24,000 nt of DNA, from contig JAFEGM010000070.1 of NCBI GenBank assembly GCA_018240025.1, positions 1-24,000 of the forward strand. The letters are read 5' to 3'. Origin of the DNA: Verrucomicrobiota bacterium (lineage in GTDB: Bacteria; Verrucomicrobiota; Verrucomicrobiia; Chthoniobacterales; SZAS-18). The notes beneath the pieces are model-generated. The model had not been told where the DNA came from. It did not search any database and saw only the letters and a list, made by a program, of their open reading frames with translations. The position numbers and the translations under genes were made by a program. Shown here in pieces: positions 6,555 through 14,585 of the stretch (its first letter is position 1; each line of letters begins with the position of its first letter).

Positions 6555-7293
6555 ATCGGCAACGGGTGTTGCACGCGCGGCGCTACGGAGCCGAGCGCAC
6601 GGCAGCCGAAGCGGGCCACTTGCCTGCGGCCGCCTCCGTGGGCGAGACTCCGCGGCTGTGTCTTCTGTCGCTCCCGCCGAACCGGACCACGCCCATCTGG
6701 TGGCGTGCCACGACTGCGACGCGCTCTTTCGCGCGCCGCAGTTGCACGAAGGCGACAGCATCGTGTGCCCGCACTGCGCCGCGAAGCTGAGCACGCATCG
6801 ACCGCACGGCATCCGACGCGCGGCCGCCTTCAGCCTGAGCGCGGCGTCGTTCTTCGTGGTCGCGAACATCTTCCCCTTCATCGAGTTGAAGGCGGGCGGA
6901 CAGATCAGCCGCATCGTGCTCGCGGAAAGCGTCTCCGCCCTCAACCAGCACGGCAGCCCCGGGCTGGCGGCGGCGGTGGCGATCTTCATCCTCGGCGCGC
7001 CCAGCCTCATGATCGTGGGCATGCTCTACCTGATGCTCCCGCTGCAATTCGGACGCCGCCTGCCGGGGGCGATCGGGGTGTGTCGCGCGGTCTTCGGCAC
7101 CGACACCTGGAACATGATCGAAGTCTTCCTGCTCGGGGTGCTGGTCAGCCTGCTCAAGCTCGGGGACATCGCCACCGTCACTCTCGGCATCTCGTTCTGG
7201 GCCTTCGCCTGCCTGATCGTCTGCCTGATCGCGGCCGTGGCTTCGATCGACAAACACGAGCTCTGGAACCAGCTGGAGGAGGCGCGCGGATGA
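6538..7293 (+). CDS. pqiA: PqiA-family integral membrane protein, first half-size paralogue
   Basis: It has the zinc-ribbon CHDCDALF...CPHCAAKL followed by hydrophobic helices (FFVVANIFPFIEL, ILGAPSLMIVGMLYLMLPL, MIEVFLLGVLVSLLKL), as in PqiA. The start is uncertain. GTG 6538 is preceded by AGGAGG (6528-6533), but GTG 6658 would give a more typical short N-terminus. Confidence 0.78.
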   Translation: MEGRRESATGVARAALRSRAHGSRSGPLACGRLRGRDSAAVSSVAPAEPDHAHLVACHDCDALFRAPQLHEGDSIVCPHCAAKLSTHRPHGIRRAAAFSLSAASFFVVANIFPFIELKAGGQISRIVLAESVSALNQHGSPGLAAAVAIFILGAPSLMIVGMLYLMLPLQFGRRLPGAIGVCRAVFGTDTWNMIEVFLLGVLVSLLKLGDIATVTLGISFWAFACLIVCLIAAVASIDKHELWNQLEEARG

Positions 7294-7934
7294 GCACGGA
7301 GGCCCCCCCGGGAGATTTCCATCCGCGCACCGCCGCCGCGCGCGGGCTGGCCAGCTGCCATTCGTGCGGCAAGGTGCAGCCGGTCACGCAGCAGCGCTGC
7401 GGCCGGTGCGACGCCAAGTTGCATCTGCGCAAGCCGGACAGCCTGCAGCGGACCTGGGCGCTGACTGTGGCGGCGGCGATTCTCTACATTCCGGCCAACG
7501 TGTACCCCGTGATGCGCGCCGACCGTCTCGGCGGGGCCGAGGAAAACACGATCCTCAGCGGCGTGGTCCTTTTCTGGGAGCACAAGGCCTATCCGATCGC
7601 GATCGTCGTCTTCACCGCCAGCGTGCTCATCCCGATTCTCAAGCTCCTCGCCATCGTCACGCTCTGCCTGGCGGCCAGGCGTTGTCGGCGACCGCGCGCG
7701 ATGACCCGCATCTATCGCATGACCGAACTCGTCGGCCGGTGGTCGATGGTGGACGTTTTTGTGGTGGCAATTCTGGTCGCGGTGGTGCAACTCGGCTCCC
7801 TCATGTCGATCCAGCCCGGTCCCGCCGCCCTCGCCTTCGCCGGCGTGGTCATCACGACCATGCTGGCTGCCATGTCCTTCGATCCGCGATTGCTGTGGGA
7901 TGCCGCGCAAGACGCACCGCAACACCATGAGTGA
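7290..7934 (+). CDS. pqiA: PqiA-family integral membrane protein, second half-size paralogue
   Basis: Lies in the frame of ORF 6525..7934. ATG 7290 overlaps the stop of the first pqiA (ATGA, 7290-7293). It has the zinc-ribbon CHSCGKV...CGRCDAKL, then ILYIPANVYPVM, and the conserved GRWSMVDVFVVAILVA motif. 214 aa. Confidence 0.85.
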   Translation: MSTEAPPGDFHPRTAAARGLASCHSCGKVQPVTQQRCGRCDAKLHLRKPDSLQRTWALTVAAAILYIPANVYPVMRADRLGGAEENTILSGVVLFWEHKAYPIAIVVFTASVLIPILKLLAIVTLCLAARRCRRPRAMTRIYRMTELVGRWSMVDVFVVAILVAVVQLGSLMSIQPGPAALAFAGVVITTMLAAMSFDPRLLWDAAQDAPQHHE

Positions 7935-9594
7935 CGTCTCGCCCGATCCCGCTTCCAGCCCGGCTCCTGAGCCGCCGAAGTCCGCCGCTGTGCCGGTGGC
8001 GCCGGTGCTGCACAAGGCGCATCATCCGCGTGGAATCTCGATCGTCTGGTTCATCCCAATCGTGGCCGCGCTCGTCGGGCTGTGGCTCGTCTGGCAGCAC
8101 TACTCGGGCAAGGGACCGCTGGTGGAGATCCGCTTCGAGACGGCCGAGGGTATCGAGGCCGGCAAGACGGGAGTGCAATGTCGCAGCGTGCGCATCGGAC
8201 TCGTCGAGGGCGTGCGCCTCGCGGCCGATCTCAAAGGCGTGGTGACGAAGGTGCGCATCGACCGCTCCGCGGCCGGGCTGCTGCGGGCCGATACACGATT
8301 TTGGGTGGTGCGGCCGCGCTTCGGCGGCTCCGGCATCTCCGGCCTGGGGACGCTGGTCTCCGGCACCTTCATCGAACTCGATCCCGGCCGCTCGGAAACG
8401 GCGGAGGATTCGTTCGTCGGCCTGGAGAATCCGCCCGTGACGCCGCAGGGCGTACCGGGCCTGCACGTGACGCTGGTGGCGTCCAAGGCCGGCTCGATCG
8501 GACCGGGCTCGCCGATCATGTACAAGGGCATCCGCGTCGGCCGCGTGGAGACGCAGATCTTCAACCGGCAGAATGGCCGCGTGGAATACCCCGCCTTCAT
8601 CGAGGGCGATTTCGGTAAGTTGGTCTCGAAGCGGGCACGCTTTTGGAACGTCAGCGGCGTCGACGTCGAGATGGGTGCGAACGGCATTCGCGTCCGCACC
8701 GGGACGCTCGAGTCGATCCTGGCCGGCGGCGTGGCTTTCGAAATCGGCCACGGCGGTGCCATCACCGAGCCGGCGGCCGATGGCGCGGTCTTCCAGTTGT
8801 ACGACAGCCAGGAGGAATTCCAGCTGCCGAGCTTCGAAGCGCGCCTGACCTACATGCTGCTCTTTAAAGACAGCGTGCGCGGGCTCAGTCCGGATGCGCC
8901 GGTCGAGTTCCGCGGCATCCGCGTGGGCACAGTGACGGGCATTTCTTTCGAGTACCTGCCGAACGATCCCGAGCGTCGCGTGCCGGTCATCATTGCCATT
9001 GATCCAGCCCTGTTCTCGAACATGCCCGCCAACGACATCAACGCCGCCGGCGCCGCCATGGCGCAGAGCGTGAAGGACGGCCTGCGGGCGACGTTACGCA
9101 CGGGGAGCCTGCTGACGGGCGCGCTCTTTGTCGATCTCGACGTGCAGCCCGGCTCGCCGCCGGCGGAAATCGTGGAAGTCGGCGGCTACTCCACGCTGCC
9201 GACCATCTCGTCCGGCCTCACGCGCCTGCAGGACAAGTTCACCGCGCTGCTCGACAAGGTGCAGGGACTCAAGATCGAGGACACGGTCGACAACGCCACG
9301 CAGGCGCTGGCCGAGATCAAGAAGGCCGCCGCCGGACTGGGCAAGGTCATGGAATCGAAGGAAACGCAGGCGCTGCCGAACGATCTGCGGAAGTCGCTTG
9401 CCGCACTGGAAAAGACGCTGCGCGGCTTCAACGAGAACTCCGACATGTACCGCGACCTTCTCAACATGATCACCGACCTGCGCAGCGCGCTACGTTCGAT
9501 CGATTCCCTCAGCTCGACGATCGAGCGCCAGCCGAATTCGCTGCTCTTCGGCAACCCGAAGGGCAAGGTGAAGCCGCCGGTCGGCAAGCCCTGA
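7927..9594 (+). CDS. pqiB: PqiB-like MCE-domain protein (three MCE domains plus C-terminal coiled-coil needle)
   Basis: Lies in the frame of ORF 7759..9594. ATG 7927 overlaps the pqiA stop by 8 nt. It has an N-terminal TM helix (ISIVWFIPIVAALVGLWLVW). Three MCE-like modules are present (EIRFETAEGIEAGKTGVQCRSVRIG, LVASKAGSIGPGSPIMYKGIRVG, LLFKDSVRGLSPDAPVEFRGIRVG). The tail is heptad-rich. 555 aa, close to E. coli PqiB size. Confidence 0.85.
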   Translation: MSDVSPDPASSPAPEPPKSAAVPVAPVLHKAHHPRGISIVWFIPIVAALVGLWLVWQHYSGKGPLVEIRFETAEGIEAGKTGVQCRSVRIGLVEGVRLAADLKGVVTKVRIDRSAAGLLRADTRFWVVRPRFGGSGISGLGTLVSGTFIELDPGRSETAEDSFVGLENPPVTPQGVPGLHVTLVASKAGSIGPGSPIMYKGIRVGRVETQIFNRQNGRVEYPAFIEGDFGKLVSKRARFWNVSGVDVEMGANGIRVRTGTLESILAGGVAFEIGHGGAITEPAADGAVFQLYDSQEEFQLPSFEARLTYMLLFKDSVRGLSPDAPVEFRGIRVGTVTGISFEYLPNDPERRVPVIIAIDPALFSNMPANDINAAGAAMAQSVKDGLRATLRTGSLLTGALFVDLDVQPGSPPAEIVEVGGYSTLPTISSGLTRLQDKFTALLDKVQGLKIEDTVDNATQALAEIKKAAAGLGKVMESKETQALPNDLRKSLAALEKTLRGFNENSDMYRDLLNMITDLRSALRSIDSLSSTIERQPNSLLFGNPKGKVKPPVGKP

Positions 9595-9616
9595 GCCTCT
9601 TCCACGCCTCGACGCC

Positions 9617-10189
9617 ATGCTCTCGCTCCGTCTTCCTGTCCTCGCGCTGCTTGGCGCGCTTGCCCTCGGCGCCTGCAGTTCCGGGGAGAAATACTACCGC
9701 CTCAGCGCGGAGGGCGCGCTGCCGGCGAATGCGAGCGGCTTGGCCATCGGGGTGGGGCCGGTTTCGATCCCGGATTACATCGACCGCGGCGAACTCGTCT
9801 TCCAAAGCCAGGACAATCGTTTCGAGATCCCCTACGAGCACCGCTGGGCGGGCAATCTGCGCGCCGGCACCACGAGGGTCATCGGCACGAATCTGGCCCG
9901 TCTGCTCGGCACGGGGAATCTCCAGCTGTATCCGTGGGATCCGGGCACGCCGATGCGCTATCAGGTGCGCGTCGACATCCGCCAGTTCCACGCGGTGTCG
10001 GGCGGCGATGCGATCCTGCAGTGCGTGTGGCAAATCGAAGACCGCACCAGCCGGCGCACGGTGGTGCGCAAGGTCGGCGATTTCAGCGAGCCTGTACGAG
10101 GCGATGGCTACGAGGCGATCGTCGCTGCGCAAAGCCGGTTGCTGGCGCAACTGGCTCGCTCGATCGCGGCGAGCTTTCCCGGTCGTTGA
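9617..10189 (+). CDS. pqiC: PqiC/YmbA-like ABC-transport auxiliary lipoprotein
   Basis: 190 aa. It has a signal peptide with lipobox LALGAC, followed by SSGEKYYRL, which matches the conserved N-terminus of YmbA/PqiC. Its position immediately after pqiB fits the canonical operon order. Confidence 0.75.
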   Translation: MLSLRLPVLALLGALALGACSSGEKYYRLSAEGALPANASGLAIGVGPVSIPDYIDRGELVFQSQDNRFEIPYEHRWAGNLRAGTTRVIGTNLARLLGTGNLQLYPWDPGTPMRYQVRVDIRQFHAVSGGDAILQCVWQIEDRTSRRTVVRKVGDFSEPVRGDGYEAIVAAQSRLLAQLARSIAASFPGR

Positions 10190-10462
10190 GGCCTCGAGCC
10201 GAAGATTTTTCCGCCTCGGGGCGAATTCGGCGGCAGAAAAATGAGCCGTGCTCGCCCGAATTGGCGCAGGGTAGGGGACAAACGGCGTTCGGCGCGGTGG
10301 AGCGTTTGTCGCATGTTCTGGGGACAAAACTCCGAACGCGATTCGCGTGCCGAGCCGCATGAATGCAGGGGTTGGCGCGTATTTCCCCTTCCAAAACACG
10401 GAAGGATCTTCGGAATTGCGATCGTTTCGATGGCCATTGGGGAAAATCGTTCGGCTCTTTTA

Positions 10463-10503
10463 TTCGAAATTTCTAGAATTGTTGGCTGTATCTAGATTTC
10501 GAA
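10463..10503. promoter_or_regulatory. Inverted repeat TTCGAAATTTCTAGA-N13-TCTAGATTTCGAA in an AT-rich leader (candidate operator)
   Basis: The left arm is 10463-10477 and the right arm 10491-10503. The arms are reverse complements apart from a 2-nt AA deletion. Related palindromes are ATTCTAGAAT at 10614-10623 and ATTTCGATTCGAA at 10644-10656. All lie upstream of the S8 protease ATG (10743). Confidence 0.35.
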
Positions 10504-10742
10504 GGCTCGACCGAGCGTACGTGGGCGCTTAGACCATAATTACTGGAATAAAATCCGCCCTTTCGGTAGGAGGCCGAATTTAGAAAACCCTGCGGATTTA
10601 CTCTGTACGGGAGATTCTAGAATGCCCTAGGGCGGCGTCCTACATTTCGATTCGAACGATTAGGATTGCAAGATCGGCGGGTCTGTAGAGCATCGCGCCC
10701 TTTCCTCCCCACCCCCCTCAAAACAACTGCTCAACACACTGC

Positions 10743-13700
10743 ATGTCTTATTCTGCTAAGCATCGTGCCATCCCCACCAGGTGGCTTCTCTTCCCGGCCC
10801 TATCGACCCTCATGGTCGGCGCTCTGCCGGCCGCGAAGGTTCGGGTCAACGCCGAGGCTCCGATCGCCCGGGCGGGCGCCTTCGAGAAAGGCATCGACTA
10901 CGGCAAGTTCCGCGTCGTGGACGTGGACGACGCCACGGCCGAGGCCCTCGTCAGCGCCGGCGCCGGTGAGATCATCGCCGAGGCCGATCAGATCCTGCTG
11001 AACGCGGGTGCGATCGACACCACCAAGCCGGAAGCGAAGGCCCTGCGCAAGCCGCTGGCCGCCTTCAAGGGCAACCGTCTGCACCTGGTGCAGTTCTCGG
11101 GCCCCATCAAGCAGGAATGGGTCGACGCCCTCAAGGCGGACGGCCTGCGCATCGTCACTTACATCCCGAGCAATGCCTATCTGGTGTGGGGCAACTCGGA
11201 GGCCCTGCAGAAGATGCAGAGCCGCGTTTCGACCAATGCGGTCCGCTCGGCGATCCAGTGGGAGGGATCGTTCCAGAACGAGTGGAAGCTGGCTCCGAGC
11301 GTGCTGGCCGACGAGAAGATGGGCCGCGAAATCGCCGCCATGCTGGAAATCCAGCTGGTCGAGGACAAGGCCGCCAACGACGCCACCTTCGAGGCTCTCC
11401 GTGCGGCCGGCGCCTACATGCTGCGCGAGCCGTGGTCCTCGCCGGGCTACGTGAACTTCGTCATCCAGATCAACCCGAAGGCCCTCGACGTGGTTTCCTC
11501 CCGTCCGGACGTGGTCTCGGTGCACCGTTGGATCACCCCGCGCAAGATGGATGAGGCCCAGGCGATGATCCTCGCCGGCAACATCAGCGGCAACGGCGTG
11601 GCCACGGGCAACTACCTCACCCAGCTCGCTACCTGGGGCTTCACCCAGGCCCAGTTCGACGCCTCCAATTTCGTGGTCGATGTGACCGACGACGGCGTCG
11701 ACAACGGCACCGCGACGCCGAACCACTTCGTCCTCTACCGCAACGGCGACAAGAGCAGCACTTCGCGCTTCGTGTATCGCACCACCGCGGGCACGTCGGG
11801 CACCGACGCCGGCCAGGGCCGCAGCGGCCACGGTCAGCTGAATGCTTCCATCATCGGCGGCTTCGTCCCGAATACCTCGGTGACGGTCAATGGCGTCACG
11901 ACCACCACGACCAGCTTCCCGCACGCGGACGCCCAGGGCTTCCGCTACGGCCTCGGTATCGCCCCGTTCGTGAAGATGGGCAATTCGACCATCTTCGACC
12001 CGAACTACACCAATCCGGTGTACGGCACGCTGATGACGAACGCCTACAACGCCGGCGCCCGCATCTCCTCCAACAGCTGGGGCGCTCCGGTCAGCGGCGC
12101 CTACAACAGCGATTCGCAGGCCTACGACCGCCTCGTCCGTGACGCCCAGACCGGCACGACCGGCAACCAGCAGATGGTGATCGTCTTCGCCGCCGGCAAC
12201 GACGGTTCGGGGGCTTCCACCGTCGGCTCGCCCGGCACCGGCAAGAACGTGATCACCGTCGGCGCGGCCGAGAACGTGCGCAGCCACGCCACCGCGGCGG
12301 GCGGCCTCGACGCGGCCGGCACCGATGCGTGTGCCATCACCGACAGCGGCGCCAACTCGCACAACGATGTGGTGCCCTTCTCGTCGCGTGGTCCGTGCAC
12401 GGACAGCCGCGTGAAGCCCGACATCATGGCGGGCGGCACGCACGTCTCCGGCATGACCTTCGTGACCTCGACCTCCTCGGGCAACGGCACGGCGGCCTCC
12501 ACCTATCGCGCGGACGGCGTCTGCGGTCTGACCGGCAACACGGCCGCCACCGGCCAGCTGGCGGACTTCTTCCCGACCCAGAACTCCGGCGCGGCGCCCT
12601 ACAATCAGGCGCAGAAGTGGTGGAGCACCTCCTCGGGCACCAGCCACTCGACCCCGGCCATCGCGGGCGGCGCGGCCCTCGTGTACCAGCAGTTCATCAA
12701 CAATCCGTCCTACCTGGGGGCCAATCGCACCCCGGCCGGCGCGCTCGCTCCGAGCCCGGCGCTGGTCAAGGCGCACATGATGAACACGGCCCGCTACATG
12801 ACCGGCCTGAGCGCCAATGACAAACTGCCCTCCAACAACCAGGGCATGGGTCACGGCAATCTCGGCATGGCCTTCGACGGCGTGCAGCGCATCATCCGCG
12901 ATCAGGCCACGGCCGATCGCTTCACGGCCTCCGGCCAGACCCGCACGTTCAGCGGCACCATCTCGAACACCACGAAGCCCTTCCGCGTCACGCTGGCCTG
13001 GACGGACGTCGCTGGTCCCACCACGGGCAATGCCTACGTCAACAACCTCGACCTGACGGTCACGGTGGGAGGCAACACCTACCGCGGCAACAACTTCGCG
13101 GCTACCGGCGGTCTCTCGGCCACCGGCGGCGTCGCCGACGTGCGCAACAACGTGGAAAGCGTGTTCCTCCCGGCCGGCACCTCCGGCGCGTTCACGGTCA
13201 CGGTCACGGCGACCAACATCGCCGGCCAGGCCGACGCCACCGTGGCGGGCAACAACCAGGATTTCGCCCTGGTGGTCTACAACGGCGCCCCGAGCGCTGG
13301 CACCCCGAACGTCGTGGTCGGCACGCCCGTCCTGACCGGCAACGCCACGCTGCGCCCGAACGACTGCAACACGATGAACATCCCGCTGTCCAACAGCGGC
13401 TCGGCCAATGCCACGGCGGTTTCCGCCACCCTGACCACCTCGACCGCGGGCGTGACCATCGCCACGGGCACCTCGTCCTACGCTGACCTCACGGCCGGCG
13501 GCGCGGCGGTGAACAACAGCACGGCGTATCGCATCTCCACCTCCTCGGCGGTGGCCTGCGGCACGACGGCCAGCTTCACCCTGACGGTCAACTACAGCGG
13601 CGGCGGCTCGCCGGTCGTGTCGAACTTCAGCCTCCCCGTCGGCTCCGGCGGCGCGGGCGGAAACTACACCTTCACGTCCAGCACGGGCGCCACGGTTCCG

Positions 13701-14300
13701 ACCGGCGGCACGCTCGTCGCCGGCAGCCAGGCGGACGACGCCTCGGTCGCGATCACGGTCCCGACCGGCTTCAACTTCACCGTCTACGGCACCGCGGTGA
13801 GCGGCGGCTCCAGCCTCCGCGCCACCACCAACGGCACGCTCGCGGTCGCCACGGCCAGCTCCACGGCCTACACGAACGCGGCTCTGCCGGTCGGCACGCC
13901 GAGCACCGGCACGGGCTCGTTCCCGGCCTCCACCCCGACGATCTTCGCCTACTGGGATGACCTGAACCTGCCTTCGACCACTGCGACGAACGGCATCTAC
14001 ACGCTCCTCTCCGGCACGGCACCGAATCGCACCTTCAGCGTCATCTGGCGCGGCGTCACCTACACCGGCAGCAATGCGGTGAACTTCGCCGTCCAGTTCC
14101 GCGAGGGCCAGTCGACCTTCGACCTGGTGTATCAGAACTCGGCGACGGCCAATGGCGCCTCGGCCACCATCGGTGTGCAGAGCGCGTCCACGGGCACGAA
14201 CTTCCGGCAGTTCTCGTTCAACACCGGTTCGATCAGCTCGGGCACGAAGCTCACCGCGACGCTCCCGACCTGCACCTCCGGCACCGGCACCTGCCCCTGA
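10743..14300 (+). CDS. Secreted multidomain S8 (subtilisin-family) serine protease, 1185 aa
   Basis: The N-terminal hydrophobic signal is RWLLFPALSTLMVGALPAA. The catalytic triad motifs are VTDDGVDNG (Asp316, 11688-11690), GRSGHGQ (His363, 11829-11831) and SGTSHSTPAIAGGAAL (Ser634, 12642-12644). The oxyanion motif is SNSWG. A post-catalytic beta-sandwich-like segment follows (RVTLAWTDVAG...NNVESVFL...QDFALVVYNG), then a long T/S/G/A-rich C-terminal region. Confidence 0.9.
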   Translation: MSYSAKHRAIPTRWLLFPALSTLMVGALPAAKVRVNAEAPIARAGAFEKGIDYGKFRVVDVDDATAEALVSAGAGEIIAEADQILLNAGAIDTTKPEAKALRKPLAAFKGNRLHLVQFSGPIKQEWVDALKADGLRIVTYIPSNAYLVWGNSEALQKMQSRVSTNAVRSAIQWEGSFQNEWKLAPSVLADEKMGREIAAMLEIQLVEDKAANDATFEALRAAGAYMLREPWSSPGYVNFVIQINPKALDVVSSRPDVVSVHRWITPRKMDEAQAMILAGNISGNGVATGNYLTQLATWGFTQAQFDASNFVVDVTDDGVDNGTATPNHFVLYRNGDKSSTSRFVYRTTAGTSGTDAGQGRSGHGQLNASIIGGFVPNTSVTVNGVTTTTTSFPHADAQGFRYGLGIAPFVKMGNSTIFDPNYTNPVYGTLMTNAYNAGARISSNSWGAPVSGAYNSDSQAYDRLVRDAQTGTTGNQQMVIVFAAGNDGSGASTVGSPGTGKNVITVGAAENVRSHATAAGGLDAAGTDACAITDSGANSHNDVVPFSSRGPCTDSRVKPDIMAGGTHVSGMTFVTSTSSGNGTAASTYRADGVCGLTGNTAATGQLADFFPTQNSGAAPYNQAQKWWSTSSGTSHSTPAIAGGAALVYQQFINNPSYLGANRTPAGALAPSPALVKAHMMNTARYMTGLSANDKLPSNNQGMGHGNLGMAFDGVQRIIRDQATADRFTASGQTRTFSGTISNTTKPFRVTLAWTDVAGPTTGNAYVNNLDLTVTVGGNTYRGNNFAATGGLSATGGVADVRNNVESVFLPAGTSGAFTVTVTATNIAGQADATVAGNNQDFALVVYNGAPSAGTPNVVVGTPVLTGNATLRPNDCNTMNIPLSNSGSANATAVSATLTTSTAGVTIATGTSSYADLTAGGAAVNNSTAYRISTSSAVACGTTASFTLTVNYSGGGSPVVSNFSLPVGSGGAGGNYTFTSSTGATVPTGGTLVAGSQADDASVAITVPTGFNFTVYGTAVSGGSSLRATTNGTLAVATASSTAYTNAALPVGTPSTGTGSFPASTPTIFAYWDDLNLPSTTATNGIYTLLSGTAPNRTFSVIWRGVTYTGSNAVNFAVQFREGQSTFDLVYQNSATANGASATIGVQSASTGTNFRQFSFNTGSISSGTKLTATLPTCTSGTGTCP

Positions 14301-14338
14301 TTCGGCACGGCATTTGGAACTAGATAGGTAACTGAACG

Positions 14339-14375
14339 ATCGGGCGCCCAGCGATGGGCGCCCGATTCGTTTTCG
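14339..14375 (+). terminator. Rho-independent terminator of the S8 protease gene
   Basis: A perfect 12-bp GC-rich stem, ATCGGGCGCCCA (14339-14350) / TGGGCGCCCGAT (14355-14366), with a 4-nt loop GCGA. It is followed by TCGTTTTCG and lies 38 nt after the stop codon. Confidence 0.75.
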
Positions 14376-14422
14376 GGGGGATCGCGTGCCGCGCCTCGAG
14401 CACGCGAATGCCGATCTCTCGC

Positions 14423-14454
14423 GCGAAGCCGCGAAGCCGCGAAGCCGCGAAGAA
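14423..14454. repeat. Tandem 8-bp repeat (GCGAAGCC)x3 plus one degenerate unit (GCGAAGAA)
   Basis: Units at 14423-14430, 14431-14438, 14439-14446 and 14447-14454 (variant). Intergenic, between the S8 terminator and the VanZ-like gene. Confidence 0.85.
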
Positions 14455-14585
14455 AGAGGATCTGGAGTTTACACTCTCAACTTGCGGCTCGTTGCGCCAG
14501 CCAGAGCAGGTCGTTGGATCAGCGCGGCGGCGGCGATCCGTAAAGCCACAGCCCGCCCGTGGGTCGAGCGTGCTACCTTCGCCGA

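Noticed and set aside
10186-10236. Possible terminator after pqiC (GAGGCCTC palindrome, CCGCC...GGCGG stem, TTTTT run).
   Set aside because: The stems are short (5 bp), the loops are long, and the T-run precedes rather than follows the candidate stem. I could not define a convincing intrinsic terminator.
10241-10532. Small ORFs 10241..10495 (84 aa) and 10347..10532 (61 aa) in the long intergenic region as candidate small proteins.
   Set aside because: Their composition is non-coding-like, they overlap each other in different frames, and I see no recognisable motifs or start context. They cannot be supported from sequence alone.
10644-10660. tRNA-like T-arm resemblance (TTCGATTCGAACG) in the AT-rich region.
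   Set aside because: I could not fold an acceptor stem, D-arm or anticodon arm around it. It is better explained as one of several TTCGAA-type palindromes.
10190-14300. Genomic island or mobile element carrying the S8 protease, suggested by the AT-rich left flank.
   Set aside because: There is no integrase, transposase, tRNA attachment site or flanking direct/inverted terminal repeats. The protease CDS itself has host-like GC and codon character.
135-14300. Clustering of four peptidase genes (rhomboid, M42, M3, S8) as a dedicated proteolytic system.
   Set aside because: The genes are on different strands, are separated by unrelated housekeeping genes, and belong to families with unrelated cellular locations. 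There is no operonic or sequence evidence of linkage.
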